This document shows positions 54,301 through 62,749 of a DNA stretch of 64,000 bases, one piece after another. The first letter of the stretch is position 1. Each line of letters opens with the position of its first letter. A program made the translations under genes and the position numbers. Origin of the DNA: a virus. Its lineage: Duplodnaviria; Caudoviricetes. The stretch lies in the IMG/VR virus record IMGVR_UViG_3300025450_001231; one strand, written 5' to 3'. The notes beneath the pieces were generated by a model, which was given only the letters and a program-made list of their open reading frames with translations, was not told the DNA's origin and ran no database searches.

Positions 54301-57300
54301 TGGAACATTTGCAACACAAAATGATGGTACATTATGGACCTGGGGATATGGTGTTCCTGCAGGTGCATTAGGTTTAGGTGTTGCTACTAGTTATAGCAGT
54401 CCTAAACAAATAGGTTCGTCGGCTGGATGGGTATCGATATTTGGTAATGGTGGTACTAGAATAGTAAGTGCTGTTGCACCTTCCGTACCTAACCTGACAG
54501 CTACTGTAGTCGGCGGAGTTGGAGTGGCAGTTGGTGTAAAATTTGGAAATGTTACCGGTGCTGCCGGCGGCATTACCACTGTGGTCACAAGTAACCCAGG
54601 TGGAATTACTGCAACTTTAACCACTAGTTCATTATATGGTACAGTTACAGTAACTGGATTAACACTCAATACATCATACTCATTTACAGCCGTGGCAACA
54701 AATGCCATAGGATCAAGTAATACAAGTGCTGCAACTTCCTCCGTTTACTATGCTAATACAGCACCTTGTGTTCCAACAATTAATAGCGCCGTACAAGTTG
54801 ATACAAATACTGCAGGAGTTACTTACTTTGCACCGCTAAACAATGGCGGACAACCAATATTATACTATACTGCTACAAGCAGTCCAGGTGGAATTACTGC
54901 GACATTGAGTCAGTCAGGTAGTGGAACAATTACAATAGCAGGTTTAACAACAAATGTTTCTTATACATTCACAGTTACTGCTACCAATAGTATCGGCACA
55001 AGTAATGCTAGCCCAGCTAGCCCCAACTTAACTATAGTAACTACTACAGTACCTGGTACACCAACAGTTACTGCAACACAAACTGCAGCAAATACTGCAG
55101 TAGTTTCGTTTACACAACCTACTAACGGTAATGCTACAATACAGTACTATACAATTGTTGGATCGTCTTCGTCGTATACTGCTACACTAAGCCAGTCTGG
55201 CGCAGGTACTGTTACAGTAACCGGTTTAGCTACCGCTACTCCGTATACATTCACAGTTACTGCTACTAACTCAGTTGGTGCTGGCACTGGCGGTACCAGC
55301 AGCGGATTAACACTAGGAACTCCGCAATTCTTATGGTCGTGGGGTTGCGGTACTGCTTCAGGTATAGGTGTTTCAACAAATTATAGTAGCCCAGTTCAAG
55401 CTGGTAGTGCGCTAAATTGGAATATGATAGTCGGTAGTAGTGGTACTCAAACATCTGCAGGTATCAAACAAGATGGTACATTGTGGATGTGGGGCTACAA
55501 CACCTACGGACAATTAGGATTATCCGCAACAGGAACGGTTCTTAATATTACTCAAGTTGGTGCACTTACCAATTGGAAACAAGTTGCAGTTGGACCAACT
55601 GAGACTATTGCTGTAAAAACCGACGGTACATTGTGGAGTTGGGGACAAGCTCTTAACGGGCAGTTAGGTCTGAACACCAGCATTCTTAATAACTATTCTA
55701 GTCCAAAACAAATCGGTGCAGGAACAAATTGGGCATTTGCGTCAATGGGATCACAACACGCACTTGCAATTCAAACCAATGGTACATTGTGGACTTGGGG
55801 ACAAAACAACTATGGACAACTAGGATTGAATAATACTTCAACTTACAGTAGTCCAAAGCAAGTTGGAGCATTAACCAATTGGTTGAAGGCATCTGCGGCC
55901 GGTTACAATGTGGTCGCACTTAAAACCGACGGAACATTATGGGCCTGGGGAATTGGTACTAGTTATCAGCTAGGTCGAGGAAATACTTCTTCTTATATTA
56001 GTCCAAAACAAGTTGGTGCATTGACTACTTGGGCATCTTTTGCGAATGGATGGCAGTTTGTATTGGCTACTAAAACCGACGGAACATTGTGGAGTTGGGG
56101 AACTGGCTCATACGGACAATTAGGATTGAATAGTACATCGGCCGCTTCAAGTCCAACACAAGTTGGTACAGGAACAAATTGGAGCGTATTTAACCCAAAT
56201 CAAGGTGAAAATCTTCAACAGTACATGACTGCAACGAAGACCGACGGAACATTATGGAGTTGGGGACGTAATTATCAAGGTGCATTGGGACTAAATCAGT
56301 CAACAATCACATTGTACTCAAGTCCAAAGCAAGTTGGTTCATTAACTACTTGGCTCAGTACAGACGGTACTTCGGCCTTGGCAACAGTGCCAGCTGGTGC
56401 ACCTTCAGCGCCAGCAGTTAGTAACGTTGCAGTTATCTCAGGAGTAGGAGTAGGCGTAACATATACAGTTCCTGCAAGCACCAACGGATCGGCAATTATA
56501 AAATATATTGCAACTAGTACCCCAGGTGGAATTACAGCCACAGTAACTCAAGCAACTGCTGGTACAATTACAGTAACTGGATTAACTGGTGGAGCAACTT
56601 ACACATTTACTGTTACTGCAGTCAACGGAGGGGGCGGCAACACTAGTGTAGCATCCGGTAACGTAACTTATACTGCAATTGCACCATCTGCACCTGCTGC
56701 AGTCACTGCAAATGTAATAAGTCCAAATACTGCAACAGTAAGCTTTACTGCACCTTCTTCTAGCGGTGGGGCACAAATACTTGGTTATATAGTTTCTTCT
56801 ATTAATTCAAGTACTATTTCAAGTGTTACTTTAGCACAATCATTCCCAGGTACTGTTACTTTAACTGGTTTGACAAACGGCACCACATATACATTCTCTG
56901 TAGCTGCATTTAACGGTAGTGCAACTGGACTAGCCACTAGTGCTAATGCTAGTGTTGGTGCACCAGGCATACCAACAATAGGTACAGCGGTTTCTATGGG
57001 TACAACAACTGCTAATGTATCATTTACTGCACCAATTAACACTGGTGGTTACCCAATTACCAGCTATGTGGCTACAAGTAGTCCAGGTGGAATCACTGCT
57101 ACATTGAGCCAAGCAGGCGCTGGAACTATTACTATAACCGGTTTGTCTTCAAGCACTTACTATTCATTTGCAGTACAAGCTGTTAACAGCTATGGAACTA
57201 GTAATGTTAGTGCTTCGAGTAATAGCATATATACTCAAGGAAAACCGTATGCACCTATTATTGGTACAGCAACTGTATTAGGAAATTCTTCAGCGGTAGT

Positions 57301-60300
57301 TACATACTGTGCACCAACATTTAACGGTGGATTTGCAATTACCAGCTATGTGGCTACAAGTAGTCCAGGTGGAATCACTGCTACATTGAGCCAAGCAGGC
57401 GCTGGAACTATTACTATAACTGGATTAACAACAAATACTGCTTATACATTTACAGTGCAAGCTGTTAACAGCTATGGAGCTGGTCCTATAAGTGGCTCAA
57501 CTCCTAAAGTAACACCAATTAACTCTTACTTGTGGACCTGGGGACCCGGTACCTACGGTAGTAATGCATTAAATAATATTCTTTCATATTCAACTCCAAG
57601 GCAAGTCGGCGCACTTTCTGGATGGCTTCAAGTATCCGGTAGTTACGGATGGAATGGAGCAGCTATTAAAGCCGACGGAACATTATGGACCTGGGGGTAT
57701 AATGTTACGGGAGGCCTTGGGTTAAGTAACATTATCAATTACTCAAGTCCCAAACAAGTTGGTGCATTGACCAATTGGGCACAGATCGCAATGACCCCTA
57801 ACGGTGTTGCTGCAATTAAAACTGACGGAACCTTGTGGACCTGGGGATACAACAGTTTTTATCAGCTGGGTCTAAGTAATAGTACTTGGTATTCAAGTCC
57901 AAAACAAGTTGGTGCATTAACCAATTGGAAATCAGTATCTATGGGTAATATGGCCATGGCAGCTGTTAAAACAGACGGTACACTATGGACGGTAGGCAAT
58001 AACACCTATGGTGGTCTAGGTCTGGGCGACACTACTTATAGAAAGAGTCCTACTCAAGTCGGTTTACTAACTAATTGGTTACAGGTTGCGGCATCCGGTT
58101 ATCATGTGCTAGGATTAAAGACAGATGGCACGTTCTGGGGTTGGGGTGCTCAAAGCGGATGGGGTATAATTGGTGTTAGCGGTACAGGCGCATATTCTAG
58201 TCCAAAACAAGTTGGTGCATTAACCAATTGGAAAACATTTGGCACAACCAATTCTGCTGCTTTTGGTATTAAAACAGATGGTACACTTTGGAGTTGGGGC
58301 CTTAACTCTAGTGGTCAATTGGGATTAAATAACCTTACATCATATTCTAGTCCAAAACAAGTTGGTTCATTAACCAATTGGAAATCGGTAACAAACGACA
58401 TAGGAAGCAGTAATAATAATGCTCCGTCTTTTGTGACTGCTGTAAAAACTGATGGTACTCTTTGGTCTTGGGGAGCAGGCACAAGCGGGTATTTGGGATT
58501 AGGCAATGTAACTGGATATAGTTCACCAAAACAAATCGGCTCGAGTACTTCTTGGATTATGGCATCAGGATCGATGGCTATTAGTTCGTCACCGGCGGGA
58601 CCAGCAGCTGCACCAACTATAGGTGCAGCTACAAATGTTACTGGGGTAGGCGTTACAGTAGCATATACTGCAAGTTCAAGCGATAACGGATCGGCAATTA
58701 CAAGTTATGTTGCAACTAGTACCCCAAGCGGAATTACTGCTACAGTAACTCAAACAACATCAGGTACGATTACAGTAACTGGATTAACAACTGGAACTAG
58801 TTATACGTTTACAGTTGCCGCAGTTACTGGTGCAGGTCTTGGTAATGCCAGTGCATCATCTAGCGCAGTTACATATCTAGCAAATGCACCATCAGCACCA
58901 ACAGGTGTTACAGCCAATGCAATATCATTAACTAGTGCTACAGTTGCATTTACTGCACCTGCAAACGGCGGATCGCCGATCTTGAGTTACAAACTTGCTG
59001 GTGCACCGGGATGTATTGCTGCCACAATAAGTCAGGCTACATCAGGTACATTTACTATATCAGGATTAACTACTGGTACTAGATACTCATTTACAGTAGC
59101 TGCAACAAATGGAGCAGGAACAAGTACTAATTCTTCAGCAAGCTCAATTAGTTTAGGCGTACCTTGCGTACCTACTGGAGTAACTGGAACACCAACTGGT
59201 TCGTCTACTGCTACAGTAAGCTATATTGCACCAGCTAGTAATGGCGGAACACCGATTACAAATTATGTTGCAACTGCAAATGTAGGCGGAATTACTGCTA
59301 CTGTAACACAAGCATCTTCTGGTACAATTACAGTAACTGGATTGGGAACAAAAGCTTCTTACACATTCACAGTTACTGCAATTAACAGTTACGGAACAAG
59401 TAATGCAAGTACCCCAACCGGTACAGTAACTACATTTGGCGTACCTTGTGCACCAGTTATTTGCGGAGCTATACCAATTCTTGGCGCAACTTCTGCGGCA
59501 GTTATATATACTGCTCCTGCCAATGGCGGTTCACCGATTACAAAATATGTTGCAACTGCAAATGTAGGCGGAATTACTGCTACATTAAGTCAAGCAGGAT
59601 CGGGTACAGTTACTGTATCTGGCTTGACAAACGGCACATACTATTCGTTCACACTACAAGCAATTAATATTGCAGGCACAAGCTCATCGAGCTCACCAAG
59701 TGGTGCAGTTGCTCCAGGTGTCGGCTATTTGTGGAGTTGGGGTCAAAACAACTACGGGCAGACCGGTTCCAATGCTTTAGTAACTTATTCTAGTCCTGTA
59801 CAAATAGGTGCCGGTAGTAATTGGAAAATGGTATCTGTTGGTTCATGTTTTAGTAGCGCAGCTATCAAATTTGATGGAACATTATGGACCTGGGGATATA
59901 ATGGTCAAGGAAACTTGGGATTCAGTAATAAAACAAATTATTCTAGTCCAAAACAAGTCGGTGCATTAACTAATTGGAGTACAGTAGTTATGCGTACTAA
60001 TAATGCTACTGCAATTAAAACTGACGGAACATTGTGGACTTGGGGTTACAATGGTGGCTATGATTTAGGATTAGGCAATGGTACATATTATTCAAGTCCT
60101 AAACAGGTTGGCGCACTAACTACTTGGAGTTCAGTAGATTCAGACGGTAGCACTACAGTAGCTATCAAAACTGACGGAACAATATGGGCTTGGGGTCAGG
60201 GCGGTAACGGACAAATTGGAGTAAGTACTACAGCAAATTACAGTAGTCCAAAACAAATCGGTGTATTAACTAATTGGAAACAAGTTTCTGTCAATGATGC

Positions 60301-62689
60301 AGCTGTTTTTGCAATTAAAACCGACGGCACACTGTGGGCTTGGGGTAATAATTACACTGGTCTATTAGGACTAAACTCACAAACAGCTAACTATAGTAGT
60401 CCAAAACAAGTTGGTGCATTGACTAACTGGGGCCAATTACAAATTTCTGGATCTTCTTCAGGTAGTTCAACTGGCGCAATTAAAACTGACGGAACATTGT
60501 GGACTTGGGGCACTGGCGTTAACGGTGCTTTGGGTCTAAACAACCTTACTAGTTATTCAAGTCCAAAACAAGTCGGCGCATTGACAAATTGGCTTCAACT
60601 TGCTTCTTTAAGCCAAGTTGTATTAGGAATGGTTGCAATCAAGAATAACGGAACAATGTGGTCTTGGGGTACTAATAGTGCACCTGGTCGCTTGGGATTG
60701 AATAATGCTACTAGCTATTCAAGTCCAAAACAAATTGGTGCAGGAACAACTTGGACATATGTTGCAGGAACTATGGCTCTTGGTATCGCTACAGGATCTC
60801 TACCTCCTTGCGCTCCTAGTATAAGTGCTACAAATGTTGGCGGAGTTGGCGTAGCAATAACAGCCAACGCAGTAGTCAATAACGGAAGTCCAACTAAGGT
60901 AGTGGTCACTAGTACACCAGGCGGGCTAACTGCAACATTCACTGCACTAGGCGGAACAGTTACAATAACCGGATTTACATCGGGCACAACATATACATTT
61001 ACTCCAGTTGCAACTAATAGCTTCGGATCTACCACTGGTTCAAATAGTTTAGCAACTTATTCTGCAGTATTACCAGGTGCACCTGGTATTGGTTTAGCCA
61101 AGGCAATCACATTGTGTAGTGCAACTGTAATATTTGGCTCGCCAAGTAACGGCGGAAGCCCAATACTGTACTACACTGCCACAAGTAATCCAGGTAGTGT
61201 GACTGGTACACTAAGTCAGGCAGGCAGCGGAACAATCACTGTAACTGGTTTGACCGCAGGTACTAGATACACATTCACAGTTACTGCAACTAACGCAATT
61301 GGCACTGGTAATTCCAGTACACCTACAACATCAATCAGTGTTGGTGCACCATGTGCTCCAACTATCTGCACAGCAACCGCAACAACTACAACAGCAAATG
61401 TACCGTATACTGCACCGATAAACAATGGTGGATCAACAATTACAAGTTATGTAGCTACAAGTAATCCAGGTGGTGTGACTGGTACACTAAGTCAGGCAGG
61501 CAGCGGAACAATTTCTGTTTCTGGATTGTCAGTAGGGGGTAGTTACACATTCACAGTTGTTGCTGTCAACAGTTATGGAACTAGTAACGCAAGTGCTAAT
61601 AGTAACAGTGTAAGTATACCGTTAACACAAGGTAACTTATATATTTGGGGTAGTGCTGCTTCCGGCCAGTTAGGTCTAAACAATGCAACAGCATATTCGA
61701 CTCCTGTACAGGTTGGAGGTAGTAATACTTGGGCACAAACAATTTTAGCAGGTAACTGTCACTCATTTGCGTTAGATTCAGCTGGACATTTGTGGGCGTG
61801 GGGTCTAAATAGTTCTGGACAGTTAGGTTTAGCTAATACAACTAATTATTCAAGTCCGAAACAAGTTGGCTCAAATACTTGGAAAGTAATTGCCGGCGGT
61901 GACGCTTTTACAATCGGTATTACAACCAGCGGAGCACTGTTTAGTTGGGGTACACAATCTCAGGGACAATTAGGGTTAAACACTACTTCGGGTACTTATA
62001 ATAGTCCAAAACAAATCGGCGCATTGACTACTTGGTTGACAGTATCATCCGGACAATACATGACGCAAGCTCTTAAAACTGACGGTACATTATGGTTTTG
62101 GGGAGACGGCCGATTCTATGGACAAAGCGGACTCGGATTCCTAGGCAGTGTTTCTAGTCCTATCATGGTTGGCGGAGTGAATACTTGGAAATCTGTTAGC
62201 GTAAATTATTTCCACGTTGCAGCAATTCAAACCAATGGAACTTTGTGGACTTGGGGATTTGGCGGCTTTGGTGAAGGCGGCAGAGGAGTTACCGGAAACA
62301 CATCTAGTCCCCAACAGGTTGGTTCTTTGACCAATTGGGCACAGGTAGCATCTGGCAGAGATCACATAATTGCAGTCAAGACTGACGGAACATTATGGTC
62401 GTTTGGATACGGCTATGGCGGCGTACTAGGATTAGGTAATACTACAAGTTACTCAAGTCCCAAACAAGTAGGAGCATTAACTACTTGGAAAGCAGTTGCT
62501 GCTTCGTCAAATGGATATAACAGCTATGCAACAACAGGCACTGCATTATATGCTTGGGGAAATAACGGCAACAGTGTATTGGGAATCGGTAATGCTACTA
62601 GCTATAGTTCACCAAAACAAGTCGGATCTGCAACTCAATGGATTGGTGTATCTGCAGGACCAAATTCTGCAGCAGGTATTCATATATAA
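51350..62689 (+). CDS. Giant (3779 aa) FN3 + RCC1/BLIP-II-like beta-propeller protein
   Basis: One N-terminal Ig-like unit and about 20 FN3-like units (YTFTVTA.N..G). Five blocks of seven RCC1-like repeats (KTDGTLW.WG....LG.....YSSPKQVGALTNW) lie at ~53415-54445, 55330-56370, 57525-58570, 59725-60770 and 61630-62689. Confidence 0.88.
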   Translation: MSRLSSVSSSVGGSTSTAAATNQNVAVLATNPPSNLIPPSITGTAQVNQTLTANVGTWSANTISYAYQWVNSGTGNINSATNSTYTVQTTDLGYTLDCIIIATNSYGNSSTASNLSSAVVPGVPLAPTIGTATDIDGSSATVSFTAPTNNGGATITKYVATANVGGVTSTITQAGSGTITVTGLSVATSYTFTVAAVNSVGTSPSSSQSNAITTGAKPCAPTIGSASELTPTSAAVSYTAPTFNGGSTILYYTATANVGGITATLSTSSSGTITVTGLTTGNSYTFTVTATNSIGTSNASAASNSLTEATAPGVPTSVTATATGANTANVAYTAPISNGGIAINYYVATSNVGNITATLSTSTSGTINVTGLTSGASYTFTVKASNSYATSNASAASNGITEWTVPAAPTIGTATATSANTANLTYTAPVNNGGTTITSYVATSNVGGITATLSTSSSGTFSITGLTSGASYTFTVTAINSVGTSNASAASNGITEWAVPGAPTIGNATVANATAVSVAYTAPASNGGTAILYYTASSNIGNITATLSTTSSGTITVAGLTTNVSYTFTVTATNTVGTGNSSAASNTVTPVVNNGPCAPIIGYVAATSANSAIVTYTAPASNNGATISSYITTSNVGGITATVSTSTSGTITVTGLTSGTYYSFTVQAVNANGTSAASAASAPIAPGVGYLWVWGGQNNVGQLGTNNQTVYSSPVQLGAGSNWKMESITDSASGAVKFDGTLWTWGYNNYGMLGLSNTTSYSSPKQVGALTNWSSVITRFNTVTALKTDGTIWAWGYGGLGALGLNNLTSYSSPKQVGALTNWTAISTDGYTTFAINSLGQLWVWGNNGNGQLGLNNANNYSSPKQIGTSTNWKQMSTYNASVIGLKTDGTIWSWGNNNWGQLGLNNSFQTYSSPVQVGTLTNWKQVIMNNSVGGGTKTDNTLWMWGYNGTGQLGLNNVNNYSSPKQVGLSTSWALLTPSFNVTGTFATQNDGTLWTWGYGVPAGALGLGVATSYSSPKQIGSSAGWVSIFGNGGTRIVSAVAPSVPNLTATVVGGVGVAVGVKFGNVTGAAGGITTVVTSNPGGITATLTTSSLYGTVTVTGLTLNTSYSFTAVATNAIGSSNTSAATSSVYYANTAPCVPTINSAVQVDTNTAGVTYFAPLNNGGQPILYYTATSSPGGITATLSQSGSGTITIAGLTTNVSYTFTVTATNSIGTSNASPASPNLTIVTTTVPGTPTVTATQTAANTAVVSFTQPTNGNATIQYYTIVGSSSSYTATLSQSGAGTVTVTGLATATPYTFTVTATNSVGAGTGGTSSGLTLGTPQFLWSWGCGTASGIGVSTNYSSPVQAGSALNWNMIVGSSGTQTSAGIKQDGTLWMWGYNTYGQLGLSATGTVLNITQVGALTNWKQVAVGPTETIAVKTDGTLWSWGQALNGQLGLNTSILNNYSSPKQIGAGTNWAFASMGSQHALAIQTNGTLWTWGQNNYGQLGLNNTSTYSSPKQVGALTNWLKASAAGYNVVALKTDGTLWAWGIGTSYQLGRGNTSSYISPKQVGALTTWASFANGWQFVLATKTDGTLWSWGTGSYGQLGLNSTSAASSPTQVGTGTNWSVFNPNQGENLQQYMTATKTDGTLWSWGRNYQGALGLNQSTITLYSSPKQVGSLTTWLSTDGTSALATVPAGAPSAPAVSNVAVISGVGVGVTYTVPASTNGSAIIKYIATSTPGGITATVTQATAGTITVTGLTGGATYTFTVTAVNGGGGNTSVASGNVTYTAIAPSAPAAVTANVISPNTATVSFTAPSSSGGAQILGYIVSSINSSTISSVTLAQSFPGTVTLTGLTNGTTYTFSVAAFNGSATGLATSANASVGAPGIPTIGTAVSMGTTTANVSFTAPINTGGYPITSYVATSSPGGITATLSQAGAGTITITGLSSSTYYSFAVQAVNSYGTSNVSASSNSIYTQGKPYAPIIGTATVLGNSSAVVTYCAPTFNGGFAITSYVATSSPGGITATLSQAGAGTITITGLTTNTAYTFTVQAVNSYGAGPISGSTPKVTPINSYLWTWGPGTYGSNALNNILSYSTPRQVGALSGWLQVSGSYGWNGAAIKADGTLWTWGYNVTGGLGLSNIINYSSPKQVGALTNWAQIAMTPNGVAAIKTDGTLWTWGYNSFYQLGLSNSTWYSSPKQVGALTNWKSVSMGNMAMAAVKTDGTLWTVGNNTYGGLGLGDTTYRKSPTQVGLLTNWLQVAASGYHVLGLKTDGTFWGWGAQSGWGIIGVSGTGAYSSPKQVGALTNWKTFGTTNSAAFGIKTDGTLWSWGLNSSGQLGLNNLTSYSSPKQVGSLTNWKSVTNDIGSSNNNAPSFVTAVKTDGTLWSWGAGTSGYLGLGNVTGYSSPKQIGSSTSWIMASGSMAISSSPAGPAAAPTIGAATNVTGVGVTVAYTASSSDNGSAITSYVATSTPSGITATVTQTTSGTITVTGLTTGTSYTFTVAAVTGAGLGNASASSSAVTYLANAPSAPTGVTANAISLTSATVAFTAPANGGSPILSYKLAGAPGCIAATISQATSGTFTISGLTTGTRYSFTVAATNGAGTSTNSSASSISLGVPCVPTGVTGTPTGSSTATVSYIAPASNGGTPITNYVATANVGGITATVTQASSGTITVTGLGTKASYTFTVTAINSYGTSNASTPTGTVTTFGVPCAPVICGAIPILGATSAAVIYTAPANGGSPITKYVATANVGGITATLSQAGSGTVTVSGLTNGTYYSFTLQAINIAGTSSSSSPSGAVAPGVGYLWSWGQNNYGQTGSNALVTYSSPVQIGAGSNWKMVSVGSCFSSAAIKFDGTLWTWGYNGQGNLGFSNKTNYSSPKQVGALTNWSTVVMRTNNATAIKTDGTLWTWGYNGGYDLGLGNGTYYSSPKQVGALTTWSSVDSDGSTTVAIKTDGTIWAWGQGGNGQIGVSTTANYSSPKQIGVLTNWKQVSVNDAAVFAIKTDGTLWAWGNNYTGLLGLNSQTANYSSPKQVGALTNWGQLQISGSSSGSSTGAIKTDGTLWTWGTGVNGALGLNNLTSYSSPKQVGALTNWLQLASLSQVVLGMVAIKNNGTMWSWGTNSAPGRLGLNNATSYSSPKQIGAGTTWTYVAGTMALGIATGSLPPCAPSISATNVGGVGVAITANAVVNNGSPTKVVVTSTPGGLTATFTALGGTVTITGFTSGTTYTFTPVATNSFGSTTGSNSLATYSAVLPGAPGIGLAKAITLCSATVIFGSPSNGGSPILYYTATSNPGSVTGTLSQAGSGTITVTGLTAGTRYTFTVTATNAIGTGNSSTPTTSISVGAPCAPTICTATATTTTANVPYTAPINNGGSTITSYVATSNPGGVTGTLSQAGSGTISVSGLSVGGSYTFTVVAVNSYGTSNASANSNSVSIPLTQGNLYIWGSAASGQLGLNNATAYSTPVQVGGSNTWAQTILAGNCHSFALDSAGHLWAWGLNSSGQLGLANTTNYSSPKQVGSNTWKVIAGGDAFTIGITTSGALFSWGTQSQGQLGLNTTSGTYNSPKQIGALTTWLTVSSGQYMTQALKTDGTLWFWGDGRFYGQSGLGFLGSVSSPIMVGGVNTWKSVSVNYFHVAAIQTNGTLWTWGFGGFGEGGRGVTGNTSSPQQVGSLTNWAQVASGRDHIIAVKTDGTLWSFGYGYGGVLGLGNTTSYSSPKQVGALTTWKAVAASSNGYNSYATTGTALYAWGNNGNSVLGIGNATSYSSPKQVGSATQWIGVSAGPNSAAGIHI
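57054..57420 (+). repeat. Exact 85-bp duplication between adjacent FN3 units
   Basis: 57054-57138 is identical to 57336-57420, while the flanks diverge. Confidence 0.85.
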
Positions 62690-62711
62690 TTGAATACTGT
62701 TTCAATTCAAG

Positions 62712-62744
62712 ATTTATAACCTGTAGCGATACAGGTTATAAATA
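62712..62744 (+). promoter_or_regulatory. 14-bp perfect hairpin (GCGA loop) whose 3' arm contains the late promoter TATAAATA (62737-62744)
   Basis: ATTTATAACCTGTA-GCGA-TACAGGTTATAAAT. The ATG follows 5 nt after the box. Confidence 0.7.
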
Positions 62745-62749
62745 TTTGT

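Noticed and set aside
51350-62689. Diversity-generating retroelement acting on RCC1 or lectin domains
   Set aside because: There is no reverse transcriptase, no non-coding template repeat and no repeat pair differing specifically at adenines in the window. One elsewhere in the genome cannot be excluded.
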